The position numbers were made by a program, and so were the translations under genes. A DNA stretch of 64,000 nt, taken from the NCBI GenBank assembly GCA_965637545.1, contig OZ281501.1:6200001-6264000 (forward strand), given 5' to 3'. The notes below the pieces were generated by a model. That model saw only the letters and a program-made list of their open reading frames with translations, was not told the DNA's origin and searched no databases. Positions 15,101-29,300 of the stretch are shown one piece after another. Positions within the stretch are counted from its first letter, which is position 1. Each line of letters starts with the position of its first letter. Source of the stretch: Phallusia mammillata. Taxonomy: Eukaryota.

Positions 15101-16275
15101 AAGTTAATGGTTTAATTCCCGCACGGATTTCAAAGCAAACACTTTGATAAGGATAAGGCATCAGAAACAAACAAACAAACAAATTAAACATATCACGCAG
15201 CGTTTAAATATAAATTCTAGGGCTTACTTTTGCATTTTACCTATTTGTACTAGAAACGATATGCATTAAACTAATCTAGTTTGGTTATGTGACATGATAT
15301 AACAGTTTATGATTTAGCCTCACAAAAACTTAAAAAGCACAACAAAGTAATCTGAAAAACAGAAAAAGCGTTACTGATTTTCATGTAACATTTTTTGCAA
15401 GTTCTATAACATTTTTTCCATATCTCGGTATGGTACACAAATGCATTTTAGTCAATTTGGTAAAAGTTTCGTAGCTCTTTCATTTTCTCCTTTGCAGAAT
15501 TCAAACAAAAAGATTTCTCTCAGATTTTTTTAACCAATCTCGCAGAATTAAACACTTTGAGTAGACGAAACTTTCTAAAATCATTTAAGAACTTTTTTAA
15601 ATATACATTTCACATAAATTCTTAGGTGTCATCAGTATATTAGTATTTAAAAACCAGCGACACTGTATACATAAGGAGTTTGTCATTAAAACATATCACA
15701 TCTACCACATGGGAATAAAACTACCTCTGACGAAGAACCACTACCCTAATGTCTAATTCCACCAAATGCGGTTGTGGTTATGACATTATGAGCCTTAGTG
15801 ATGCGCGGTAATCACTATAAAGTGTTGATGATCGCTTCCAAAGCTACGGCATTAGCGTTTCCCGTAAAGTTTAAAACAACGCCGTAGATAAATATCATGG
15901 ATAAAAGCGACGCCAGTTGCAGACGACGACTGTTTGCCGATTTTCGCTGCTTTCTCAATGCTGCGATTGTTTCGACACTTTGTGGGTTAATTACCAATCC
16001 CCGATGAGCCGACTTGTAAATCACTCACGGTTATTGGGCCAATCGTAAAACGATTACTGCTGAAATTTGCTTTCATTCTGAGGTGGTTGTATATGAACGT
16101 TTTAGTTGGTGGTTTTTTTTTAATAGTTGGTTTGCGTGTTTTACGCAGCTTTTCCATTGTCAATTTGGTTTATCTATTAGGTTTTATATACCGTGTTTGG
16201 CCAATGTCGTCCATGGCGGGATTGGAACCAAACATCTGACGGGAAAATATCTCGCATTTCGACTTGACTATAGCC

Positions 16276-16695
16276 CAGCGGTTCCCAAACTGGGGTCCGC
16301 AGTCCTTTAGGGGTCCGTGAGGCAATTTTGGGGGGACCGCGAAGCGGTTGAAGTAATTCTATAATCTTATTTGGCGTCAGTTTGTGCCACTAAATAAGTT
16401 TAAATCAAGGTAGAATTAAGAATCGACTGTCTCCATTGCTAAACAATGGCCTTTATTGAATGACAACTATCAAAAATGCAATTGTTCGCGCACAATCGTA
16501 ATGTTTTTGTCCTGTTTGTGATGTCACATGCTGTCTTTGAATGATTGTTATGCGCAATTTTGCATAACTAGCTAAAATCCTACAATCAACTTTCGTTTTT
16601 ATGAAATACACATTCAGGCTTAAGGACCGCGAGCCCTCGAAATAATGGCGAATGGACCGTTTTGAAAAAAATATGAAAAAGTTTGGGAACCACTG
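16276..16695. mobile_element. hAT-type MITE, 420 bp
   Basis: TIRs CAGCGGTTCCCAAACT / AGTTTGGGAACCACTG with an exact 8-bp TSD CTATAGCC (16268-16275, 16696-16703). Confidence 0.9.
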
Positions 16696-19579
16696 CTATA
16701 GCCTATTTTAATAATTGAAATATCACGTGAGGCAATTTCAATAAACAGCGACTTTTGACACAACAGTTTTGCAACAGAATTTTTTTGCAATATTTGCTTG
16801 ACCTGATATAATAAAATGATAGATAGGACTGCGGCAACCACAAGGCTTTGTTACCACCTAGCAATAACTTATTTCTAAATGCATGCACAGCTGATTTCAA
16901 CAAAGTGTGATGACCATGAGTTTAACAACGCTGTGAGCATAATACCTTATTTCTTAGATTTGTCCTTATTTTGAAGGGCAATGTCTTAATAAAATTAATT
17001 GTCCTTATTTCTAAGAAATGACCTTGTTTTTGACCGAGTCCTTATTTTGTCTTATTTTCAACAATTACTAGGAACAAACATAATGCAATGACAGTCAAAT
17101 CCCTGCTACAGAGAAAAGTAAACCTAGACCTGAGCTGTCGTGAGAAGCACGAAGTATTTTCTACGAAAAAGGAGTTGCTGGAACCGATTGTTTCTGTCAA
17201 AATATATGTCATGTTTGTGTCATGGCTCGTATCAATGAAAAGATTCGTTTGAAAACGTTTGTTTTCGTTCGTATGAAAATTTAATCTTTCAGTTGTCCTT
17301 TTTTTGGCGTCCATGTCGATGGCAACCCTGATTATAACTGACTAAAAAGTTTCGGTTGGTTCAAAATTTCGACTCAAGACGTTTACAAATATCAATCACT
17401 GTCGTCTGAACAATAATATCCGAAATATGGTCCAGCTAACTTATAGTTTCAACGCCATAAACGACCTTTTCTTTTTTACCTTTTGTCACAAATAAGCCAA
17501 ATTTCTGCTGCGTCTATAACAAGACAGTCAACTGCACTTGAGCACAAATCCATACAAGACTGGTTCTAAGTGGTTGCTGGTTGAAAATGTCCATTGTGGC
17601 AGTGGCTTTATTTGTTGGTGTACTGAGCGGGAATGACTCGCGTGTTTTGCTTGTAATTGTGACGCGACAAGCGGTTAATTGCACACGTGCCCTCGGCAAT
17701 TACAACTTTTGCCCGACGATCGACGCGCGGCGCGCTCAACCGCAACGCGTGACGTCACAATGAAAAAAAAATAAGAGCTTTTTAAGGTTTGTGCTCATTT
17801 ATGTTTGGATATTCACGATAGCACAAGGTAAAATATTCGAGTAGCAACAATTAACCTGTTTTGCAGTGTCGTAAAATTGGAGTACTAACCGACCATCATG
17901 TCACTATATGACGTCATAGCGTATGACGTCAATAACGTAAATTTCTCTTCGTATTTTTAATACTTTTGCATTTTTAAATGAATAATTAGTTATTTTAGTT
18001 GGTATCGCCCTGCTATTACGGTATCGATATTTTAACTCTCTTTTTTGCTAAGTAAAATTTGGGACTTTGGGACATCCTTTGGGAGATGGGTATTCAAATC
18101 ATAACAGTGACACCAACAATGACAATTTTATCATAGAAACTGAAAAAAATAAGAAGAAAGTTTAATATTTTGAAAATATTACCAACTGATCCTGAGCAAA
18201 TCTGCAGGACTTGTAGTGAAAAATGTAGATATTTTAACCGTTTCTGATATCCGACGTGTTTCACATTTCAAACCGATGAAGTACAGAAGAAGCGCAAGGC
18301 GCAAGAGGCCGCGGATTAAACCGAATCTACGCCGATGATCAGACCTCATGGAGCCGCGAAGGCTTTATTGAAATCCGATCATCCCGCCACAAAATAAACA
18401 ACTAATCAGATTGGCACGACGTGCGCCGATGTAATTCAAATGGTCGTCAACAAACTCACATTACAGCCGTCAACCTCCTAATCACCCAAACACGAGCTTG
18501 TCCAAAGTCTCCGGCTTAACTCGGACGTGGGGAATCCCCTCAAAACGCAAGCTGCAAGTTTGGCTGAATTTTAAAAGTAGAGTTTCTAATGCGGATTTGT
18601 CGCAACTCGAAAACGAGTTATACTGCCGAGAAATCACTCGTACGAGCTACGTAGAGAAAATGTTTGAAATTGAATAATAAATGATGAAAAGAGTTCATAA
18701 AAAAGATCGGCTCGCTAAATAATACAGTCAAGAATACAAGTTACTGCCTGAAAATTCGACGAGCGACGTCTACGTAATGCACAAATAGTTACTCGGTTAA
18801 CAGATCTGATGAATAAAATTTACTTGAGGCTGGTTGGTGCTGACAAAATCAAGAACCCATTTCTCTTTCTGGACAAAATTAATCACATAATAAAATAAGA
18901 CAAGCCACGCCCAAAAAACAACCAGAAATTAACTCAACCTTAATTAATTTCTCAGCTTGATTTTACCAGAGTAGAATTGATGAAAAATACTCGACTGTGA
19001 CTATACGATAAGTAATGATGAAGTCCAAAGTTTAATCGAGTTAACTCAACTCATAAGGTGCCAGAGTAACAACTAGAATATTATTCGACGTTAGTTGCTT
19101 GATAAAAAAAAGAATTAATGGGACTCGATTTGACACTGCTGAGTCTATTCAATTCACTGTCGAAACTTGGCTCAATACAAACCTCCTTACTTATGAGATA
19201 ATAATTCAAAGACACTTGTTTGACTGGTAAAAATACGCGGCCTTACTCGATTGCACAATTTCAAGAAATAGTCAAAACTTCATTTAAGTTACTGCTGTTA
19301 AAATACTCGATATTTCTGTGTGTTGGAAATTATAAAAACACCACGAAATTAAAAAAAAATTGTCATTGCGAGTTATTTACAAAACTTGATACTCGAACAA
19401 AACTCAAACAACTTCTTTCATGGTATCTATAGGTATACCGCTCCAAAGTTCCATTTCAGATCATTTTAAAGTAAGCCATACCACACGCAAAACCTACCAA
19501 AAATCACTGATGTTTACTTTTTCCAAAAAATGGTTCAAAATTTAAAACTATAAACATATAGTCACCAAACTGTCACCTA

Positions 19580-20268
19580 CAGGGCTTCCCAAACTGGGGG
19601 TCGCTTAACAAACTTGAGGGGTCGCAAAGAGCTGTACCAATTTTGAAGGAAGTACTCCATACACTGGCGTAAAGTACGGGGATGCCGCACACCCCCGACC
19701 TTTGTATAACGTCAAATGTCATTTTTGTTCAAGTTACGTCAGTTTTAAAACGTTTTCAGCTAACAGCAAACGCGGTTGTAGTGACGCCATTGATCGAACA
19801 AACGTCGGTTGAAACGCAACACTTGCAATTGGTTTGAAATAGACAGGCATTTTAATGCAACAAAAAGATGACATATAGAGTTGTAGACTAACGTTTAAGT
19901 ATTGTGTGGCGCAATAACGTTCTCTAATAAAATAGGTAAGAAATTTACGATTCCTAAGCAGTGTTTAATGTCCGTTTGCAAAGCACTGCAACGGCCTAAA
20001 CTTGGTGCAAGGTTATAAGTAGTGCCTATTTGCAAAACAATGTGACAGAAACTAAAGGCTAAAGCACGTACAAGGTATCGGTGTTTGGACGTGTAAAGTA
20101 GTAGACTCTGAGTACCGTTTGGTTGTTTTTCGTTTTCGCTCGAATTAGTCGTTTCAATAAAAACAACAAGCGTATTTTTTGCATTGTTTATCATGTTATC
20201 CGTGCAGGGTCGTGGAAAATTTAAAGAGATTAAGAGGGGTCGCGATCAAAAGAGTTTGGGAAGCCCTG
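19580..20268. mobile_element. hAT-like MITE, 689 bp
   Basis: TIRs CAGGGCTTCCCAAACT / AGTTTGGGAAGCCCTG and GGGGTCGC subterminal motifs; no clean TSD. Confidence 0.75.
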
Positions 20269-20283
20269 ACCTACATTATAGAC

Positions 20284-20700
20284 CAGTGGTTCTCAAACTT
20301 TTTCATTATTTTTTCAAAACGGTCCCTTTGCCATTATTTCGGGGGCTCCCGGACCTTTAGCTGTGTGTATTTCAGAGAAACGAAAGTTGATTGCAGGATT
20401 TTAGCTAGTTTTGCAAAATTGCGCATAATAATGATCCAAAGACAGCTTGTGACATCATAGACAAGACAGTAAACATTACGATTGTGCGCGAACAATTGCA
20501 TTTTTGATAGTTGTCATTCAATAAGGCTATTGTTTGGCAATGAAGGCAGTCGATTCTCAATTCTAATTTTATTTAAACTTATTCAGTGGCACAAGCTGAA
20601 GCTCAATAAGATTGTAGAATTACTTCAACCGCTTCGAGGTCCCCCAAAAATTGCCGCACGGACCCCTAAAGGACCGCGGGCCCCAGTTTGAGAACCGCTG
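20284..20700. mobile_element. hAT-type MITE, same family as 16276-16695, inverted
   Basis: TIRs CAGTGGTTCTCAAACT / AGTTTGAGAACCGCTG with an exact TSD TTATAGAC. The reverse complement of its right end aligns closely with the left end of the 16276 copy. Confidence 0.9.
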
Positions 20701-23339
20701 TTATAGACCAAGATCATAAGACCACAATTTTTTGCCCATGCAACTTTAAACGAGGTTGGTCAGGCACAATATTTGGACCATCATTAAACAATAAAATTTT
20801 CAACCTGGAAGTTTTGTTAACCAACCAATAATTGTTGAGTGGCCTTACAAGCTGCAGAAGTTCAACCCAAAAAAGCAAGAATCACATAGCTATTGTTTCA
20901 TTAAGCGCCACAGGGAGTAAAGCATTTGGTTTACCAAACGTCATTTACACTTTTTAGCTTCGTCAACAATCGAACATTTCCGCGAAAACGACATTTCTTT
21001 CAGCGTTCTGTGGGGTTTGGCGTTGGGAAGGAGCCAGCGACGCCAGCCCGTTGATTGACATTCCCGCGCACTTCTGTCACATGATCCGTAACTTATCACG
21101 TGACGAGTGACGCTGAACGGAAAGTTTGGCTTTCGCGGTTGCAGAGAAAATGTAAACCATTGCATTGTTCCCACGAAGATTAGGGCCAACACGCGCTAAG
21201 TAACAGTTCCTAACTGAACGGTGATTTGTAATTTAAGAAACAAGTTTCAGTTTTGAAATTGCCGCATGCACAACTGTCATGCGTTTTTGCACCATTTGGC
21301 TACAAAATTTGCTGGGTCCGATGCAATGCGGTATAATTACGCAAATACTGCTTTTCAGTTTTATCTTTTTGAATGCATACTTTTCCACATTTTTTTCTGA
21401 TTGCGATCCCGTATGCAGTCAACCACATTGCATTCTAAATCGTTCATGTGTAAGGTTAACGTCTATTTAACATGATATTTCAAAACAATTTGGGCAAAAC
21501 AAATCAGGTCCATTTTTATTGCAATAAGTTTTGAAGCATATACTTTTTTGCAAATTCATTCAGATTGTGATTACCATTCAAAAAAATGATTGGACGGCTT
21601 TTAATTCTCAAAAGCAATTATATGATGTAAACTTGTGTTACTATTTAAAAGCACGTTTTACTATCAAAAAAGATTGTGCAAATCCAGTTATATCCTTATG
21701 AGAGTTTTCTATTATAAACGCCAAAATACTGTGCTAGAAATTACTTTTCATGTAAACAAGTTTGAAATTGCAGCAAGCGGTTTGGATGAACGCGTTCCGA
21801 CAACAATATAAGTTATTTCACTTCGTCGCGTCGCCCATGATCTTATCGAAGCAAACTCGGCGCCGCACCTATTCCACCGCGGCATTCCATGAAAAAGCAA
21901 AACTTGTAACAAGCGCTCGGCGGATATTCGAGATATCAATTCCGGCGGCAGCCAAAGACGCGACCCGTTGTCTCGATCAGCCAGAATCCTGTCGCGGTTC
22001 CTAAACCGCCAAGCAAGAGCGACAGTTAATAAAGCCACTATAACGCGCCGTTTGTTGAACGACGGTCTCTTCTTGTGTAACGACTTGTCACAATGATTGA
22101 CTTCGTGTCGGGACTCGAGCCCTGGGAGCTGCTGCACACCGCGCGGGTGACGCTTTGAAGCTCTGTGACGTATGAATGGTAGAACAAAAAGGTTGTTTGT
22201 TTACGAAGCGGCGCTAATGAAATGCCGCGACACGCTCCGTTGCCTCGCTAATTCCATCTAAGCTGGGGTTGTTGCCCGGAATTAGGCTTTACACGTCGCT
22301 GCAACGCAAGTACTCCTCCCTTGTCTTGTTCCCTCGACTGGATACAAACATGTAACAAGCTGTAAGGCGAGATGAAGCAACGGAAAAAACGCGGGTTTTG
22401 CTTTTACGGGGACAGTGAATTTTATTGCGGGCAATTGAACGCCAATAGAGGCCGTGATTGTCGGCTGGTGTTTAGCGAGCAAAGTTTGTTAGTAGCGTTA
22501 AACCGAACCATGCGTCTTTGGGCCAGACGTCGTTGCCGGAAGTTTTACCGGCGTTGGCGATTAACGCCGCTTCGCCCAAGCGCCCCGAGATAAAAAAGAA
22601 TAACAATGTTTTAATAGCCGTGCCTGCGGGCGCCACCGATTGGGTATGGGCAAATAGATGTCTGGCGCCGGTCACAAAACATCCCGCTCGCATCTTCGCG
22701 TTTACGCCGATCACGTGACTTGCCTTGGAACGCGCGATCAAGGTGCGTAGAAGGCTAGACGTGACGAAATTAATGCGCCCGATTAACTGTATCAATCAAG
22801 CAGCAAAAAAGTGCGAAAAAACTAACGCATTATTAACAAACCTTACGACGTTTTCCTCGCACAAATACAAATCTTCTGTCTAGAAACCTTTTGTTGCCCA
22901 CAAACGCAAACAAATTGTGCTTTGTACCGCGGTTTAAGGGTGTATGCTTGGGAGTTATAGCAGCGTTCATATTTAATAGCCCCTTATGCTTTCACATATC
23001 GCCAGACAACCGTTATGTCGAAGAGAAAATCCAAATTCATGACTGTTTGCGGCATGTTTGACGTCAACTAAAAATAGCGCCTGGTTTATTACTGCCTTTC
23101 ACCTTTTTGCAAACGAGCCACGCTGCCGAGAGAAAGCAAAGGAAAAAAGATTAGGCGACCGGAAAAATGCCTTTGCCGTCGTTCGGATTTGTCTGCGCGG
23201 CCGAAATGTTCAGCCCGTCAAAGTACAGCAAATAATACGCGCTTGTCGCGCCACTTAGTCCTGTATAGAGATGAGTTTCGGAAGATCATGTGAAAAGAGG
23301 CATAAGCGATAGTTGAAGCACACCCTGGTCGCAAGCGTT

Positions 23340-26300
23340 ATGAGAGCTTGTGTACAGGCGTTGGAGCGAGTGAGAAGACTTCGGGTGTGGACAGATCGCT
23401 CGACCGGAAACAAGACGCTTAGGTCCCGCGGACAGATACGGATATCCGGATGTCTGTACGCTGCACTTACTTTACTGATGTTTGAAGTCGGATGTTTGTC
23501 TCAAAATATTTCAGGTCAGATATTTTCTTCTGTTTACAAATGTTCTCATAATTTGTTGTTTACCCTATTGCATATTTCAGCGTCTATTACTGCGGAGTCT
23601 GCTTTGTAATGCTAAATCAATTTTACCTGCGCTCTACTAAACTGTATATACCACCTCCCACCAGGGCACAATTCAGAAGCTTAACTGAGTGCAGTAGCTT
23701 AAATTTCGCTATATATATCCCCAGCACTTAAACTGATATGTTTTTTTAAAGTTATCTTTCACCCACTCCTCAAACTGTTAAACAAATGGTCCTAGCGCCT
23801 ATGAAAATAACCCCGCCGCCGTTAAGTCTAAGCTTACCATTCTATCGGACAATATATGACCTCAACGAGGTTAGATCGGGACCGCAAGGTCATCGGGCGC
23901 TTGACCTCTACGGGTTGTTTTATACGTAGGTATGGTAGAGACTTGTACCATGGAAGGAAAACCGGTGAATACCCGAATCCAAGAAGACTACCCATGCTTC
24001 GAATGTGTGTGTCGGGTAAGTCTGCTACTATTTTGTGTTTCTTGAAATCGTTTCAAGGCCAAAATCATTTAGCTTAAGTATAAAGAACAAATATATTTCA
24101 CTTTTGCGAACATCTTTAGTGTCTTATTCAAATAGAATCGTTCCCTTCATTTCGTTTTCAAACACCAGGTTGACCAAGATTGAGACGTTTTAATGCAGGG
24201 GTTTACAACTGATGTTAAATTGCATCTTTAAAGTGCAGATTCAGTTAATTTTGAGGATAAATGTTAGTACGCAATTTTCGGGGAATCGGGGGTTATGAGG
24301 TATGAGGATCAAAAAGCTTGGGGCTTCTTTATAATTCAAAGAAAGCATACCCTGGTTTTATTGAATTGATGGATGCTATTTGATTCTGCATTGCCCTTAT
24401 GGTTTTTGCAACCAATATCAATTAAACAGTTCTCGTCAAACTAGGCCTATAAAATCCGTTGCAAAATAGATTTTGAAATATCATATACATGTGTAATTAT
24501 TCGTGTACTTCAGAGATTGCAATATTATTACATTGCTCTTCAAACAAATCTAAAAATCAAGGTATAACTGCTCTGTCGGATCGTATATCGTAAACAGGTA
24601 TTCAAACGTTTATCATTAGACAATAATTATCCTTAATGGATAGGCACCGAATTGTCAATGTGTAAGTTTTGTTTAACGCCAAAAATCTATTAGTCGAGTT
24701 TGCAACTCATTTTTAATGTGTTGTAAACAATAAAAGTCAATTAAAACCTATGATAAGAACCTGTCCATTAACAGAGATGTCAACCCAATCAGATATGTTC
24801 AACTTTTATTAGCCCAACTCTCACTATCCCAGCCACTTAGTCAACACTTCATTAGCACAGAGACGTGTATCCATATTTGCCTGATGCCGTAGAAATGCGG
24901 TCCGGGTTTGCGCAGGGATTACCCCCGTAGAGATAAAAAAAAGTTGTCCCGACCCTGTACTAGTGGTCCCTAATGGCTGTAACCCGACCATTATTGTCGT
25001 CTAGAGAGGAGTTGTCCACTGCTCGAGAAAGGAATGTCCACAGCTGCCTTGTCACGTGCGAGTCGTGTCCACCAATCGCTGCTGTCCGTACGTTTGTCAA
25101 GGTATTTTGTAACTCGGTGAAGTAATATAGTTTTATGTGTTTGTGTTGTAACTCTATTAATCGATAATGATTCAACATAACTTAAAATTACCTGAATTGC
25201 GTGGATTAGTGGCGTCGGTTATGTTAAATCAAATTGCGTAAGAACAGAATATGTTAATATGGAAGACTTTTTTGTTTGTGTGATAAAAGTGCATTTTTTG
25301 TGAATGGGTTTCGTAGTTTTATAAACTGAAATGGCAATGGAGCTACAAGCATAACAAGACGTGAATAAACATATTGCCCGAAACTCCCTCCTTTCAAAGT
25401 GTAATTTTAGTATTTAGCGATTTTAAACTTTGAAAAATTATTAAAACTAGATTTGCCAAAACCAAAAAAAGTTCCCATCGTTTTTGTAATTAACCTGGTG
25501 TGCGGCGTTTCATAGATATAAAATCCAAAAGAAAGCGGGGTATTTGAAACCTGAGATACCCCAAAAACCTCTAGTTTTGCTTCGGTATAAAGTTACTTTA
25601 ATAGAAGCACAAAAATGGCGTCGTTGATAAAATTTTGGCACCCGCCATTTTATATAAGCACCCCGGCATGTCTCAATAAATTTGCCAACCGACTTAAATA
25701 TGAACGCAACGTCGACCGCAGGTATGTCGTGGGGTCAAAGTTCAATTGCCTGAGCCCATTTGTCGCAGACTTCCAGCGTTTGACAGGTTACAAGTCAAAC
25801 ATAAAATACACCTTGAAATAGGGGGTCATTGATCACCACAGAGCACTCCCCGATTGCGGTCGGGGTCAAAGGGGGTCTGTGGTGCGTGTGGTGGGGTACG
25901 GTGGGGTAGCCTAATTTGTTTCATGGGGTACATAGCGTATGAACATACTCAGGAAAAGTAAATAGACTTGTTTTTAATGCGCAGGTTGTCGTTTGGAAGG
26001 AAAGCTGTTACCGGCAACAAACCAGTGGCAGGCAAAGCTGGGGACATGCGAACTGCAACACTGTAATGTAAGTAGATCGAGTTTCATAGACGAGAAAGTG
26101 CCTTACTGACAGCGACAGGAAATTCGTCGAATTCGCTCTTTGAAAAAGGGGAAAAGTTCGCCCCCAATGGTGTCAAGGGGGCAAAGTGGTTTAGACATAC
26201 GCTGTGCCCAATTACCCACGTGGTGAAGCTTTTAAGATATTTTAGTAGTTTTTGTGGAAAGGTCGTTTGAAGGACAAAGCTTATCTCATCTTTTGAAGCA

Positions 26301-29300
26301 CTTCAATGATGTTATTTTGGTTTGTAGACAAAAGGCGTTTCGACAAAGAAGAAACGGTCCTTTTTTATGTTTAAAGTTGGTTAACAAGTCACCTTGATTA
26401 AGATGTTACGTTTATGAATTGAGGATCTGATGTAACTGAAGTAGTCATTTTAGACTCTTTTATACATACGACGACGTATGTATGTCATACGTGCCTTAAA
26501 ATATAGATTCCCGAAAGCTCAACGACGTTGGAATTAGGAAATTTTCGATTTATGACAAATTAAATTTTGTAACTGAGAATTTAAAAAGCGATAAATAACA
26601 AATTTACCCCTTGTTTAAATTAATTCTTTGCGAAATTTTAAAATCCGTGCTCTATTATATACGATTTAGTGTCAAAATTCTTTTTTGCAAACATTTTACC
26701 AAGTTTTACAACTGTTTAAATCGATTTTGTTGTCTTTTTACAGAACAAAATCGTTACTACGTCATCGAAGCAATGCGTCACAACCTGCTCTGACCCTACA
26801 CCGTCATCAAGTGACCACTGTTGTCCATTGTGTCCAGGTAAATAAGTTTTAAGTTTGTGACATTTTTTTTGAGCAACTTGTTTTAGTAAGACGCTGTCAG
26901 TCACAGCGTACTCGTATTTTTGCAGGTTGAACACGTTTGTTTAAATATTTTTGAATGTGAATTTATGTGGGGTTTCAAAGTAATCTGTTTGACTTATATG
27001 CATTCTACCCTACACCCTCAAAATCAAAAACCCTAATCCTTCACTGAGTGCGGCTTATGTTTCACGAGTAAACAATAAAAAGGGGCTCCTAATAGCAGTT
27101 TAAACATCCTCATATACCGCGTAACCAATAGAACATGCCAATAACCCCATTGTCACAACTGTCTTCAATCGTCGGTTTCCCTTTTGTTGCAGATTGCAGC
27201 AGAAAGGACGTAGCTTTGGGAGAGGTTTTTCAGTCGCCTACTGAACGATGTGTCCAGTGTGTTTGTTCAGTAAGTGATGGCCATTGTGCGCAAACAAACA
27301 GCTCCATTGTGTCGCTTTGGCGCGTGCTGGGCTTGAGTATATTTGTGTTTTTTTATCTCTTGAAGGGATTGGGAATAAGATGCTGGCGAAAGGTGTGTCC
27401 TGTACTCCCATGTTCTGCCGCCGATAGAAGAAAAGGGCCGGACGGATGCTGTGATGAGTGTAAAGGTTAGAATACCTTACTTGTTTTTCTGGGTTATCCC
27501 CATCGCCTTTTGAAGATACGTTTTAGCATGATGCACCAATATGAGTGTGCTATGTTTTCAGCAAGTTGTGTAGCATCAATTTCATTGCAAAGATTTGTTT
27601 TGCAATTATGCCCTAATTTTTGGTTTGGGCACATTTTTTTGGATTCCAGAAAAAGGATTCATTTAAGTGCAAAGAGAGTTGTTTCCTGATAATCTTAATT
27701 TTGAAATACTGCAATACGACAGCAAACCCGAATCATGCGACAACTAAAATGAACAGCTTCTATAATCCTTTCGTTTTATGGTACATCATGATACGTTTCG
27801 TACCGACCTACAGCTTTAAGAATTTGGAAAAAGGGGGCCTGTACAACAAGAAGGTTTGGCACCACTGGGTTATAGATCTACCCCTCCCATTGTCACTTTT
27901 TGGTTTGAAAAAATAACTTTTGTATGTATTGACGTGCCGCCATATTCACGCACAGGTTCACAACTGATATTTGAACTCAACGATGGTCAATGCTGGTTTG
28001 GAAGAGGAAGTTTATTAGACGGAGAAACAACAAAAATTGATCCCTGTACAACATGTAGTTGTGAGGTAAGTGGGCCGCAAAAATGTTTACCCCTAAAAAA
28101 CACACATACTTGCAATGCACTAGTAATGTATAGTAACCTTCATGTGGTTATGACTGAAAATGTAGATGTATTACACCAATTCTGCTAAGGTGTTGGAGTA
28201 TTATGTATTTGTTAGTACTGCAGCATCCTAAAAATAATAATGTCAAAAAAGTGAACGTTGAGTCTGTTTTTGATTCTATTTGAATAAGACGCTAAAGATG
28301 GATTTTACTTAGGTGAAATACACACATCTTACATAAACTGTTCAGACTTCAGAGTTTACAGTCTGTTATTATACGCGGCTATTGACTATCGCTCACACTG
28401 AGTTTTTGGTGAATATGTTTATTTAATGTGTAAAACACTTTGTGTTTGGTTTCTTTCAAGTGGCCGATTTTGTTTAAAAGTTTATCAATGTTATGTTTGA
28501 CGAAGTCAAGTTCTTACTTCTCTTACCTTTAACAAACGTAAACATTAACAGACGCCCTCAAATTTCGACTCAAAATAGAGTAGAGACACCGCGTATACTA
28601 TAACTATCGGTCTATTTTGGCGTACCACTTCCGGCAAAGTCAATCATTTTATACGTGTTTTACCCTGAAGCTACTATACATTCCTAAAAACCAATATATC
28701 GCAAGTGTCAAAATAACAAGTTTACAGGTACGATATAAAGCACGATATAAAACTTTATATCGGGACAAGTTTTAACACATGCACAATACTTGCAGAAAAC
28801 TCATCTCATTGGGTTTTATAGGGTTGAGCATAAAGTTTAATTTGACGTATTATAAATCACAATTAAATTTGTAAAAAAAACTTTGGAAACCTTTTGCTTT
28901 TATAGTGTTCATATAGTGACATGAAGTGACACAAAGGCACAGTACGAAGTACGAATTTAACGCAAGTCATTCTTGCATGTTCAGACTAAAAACTCATCAC
29001 TGACAATGTTGATAAAATCTGACTTAAATGTTGATATTCATGCATTGTCCATTAAAACAAGATGGTTAAATTCAATGATATGCTTTGTAACACGTAAATA
29101 CGTAACCATTCAACTGGAAAACTGATTCGAGTCAAGTCAATCTTTTGCCTTTACTTCTTATACTTATCAAATCGAATCGTTTTTTTTCTGGCAATGCCCA
29201 AAGTAAAGAGTTGTCTTAGGATACAAAAGAAATGACCACATACACGTACATTACAACGACAAGGCGAAAGCATTAGTAAAACTAATCACATAGCTCATCT

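Noticed and set aside
15601-15645. Additional CTGATGA...GAAA hammerhead candidates (also near 29921 and 47002)
   Set aside because: No stem II/III pairing, GAAA absent, or located within coding exons.
21748-22137. 129-aa minus-strand ORF, with overlapping ORFs to 22795
   Set aside because: A GC-rich upstream region of BMPER-B produces overlapping ORFs on both strands; no motifs or splice support.
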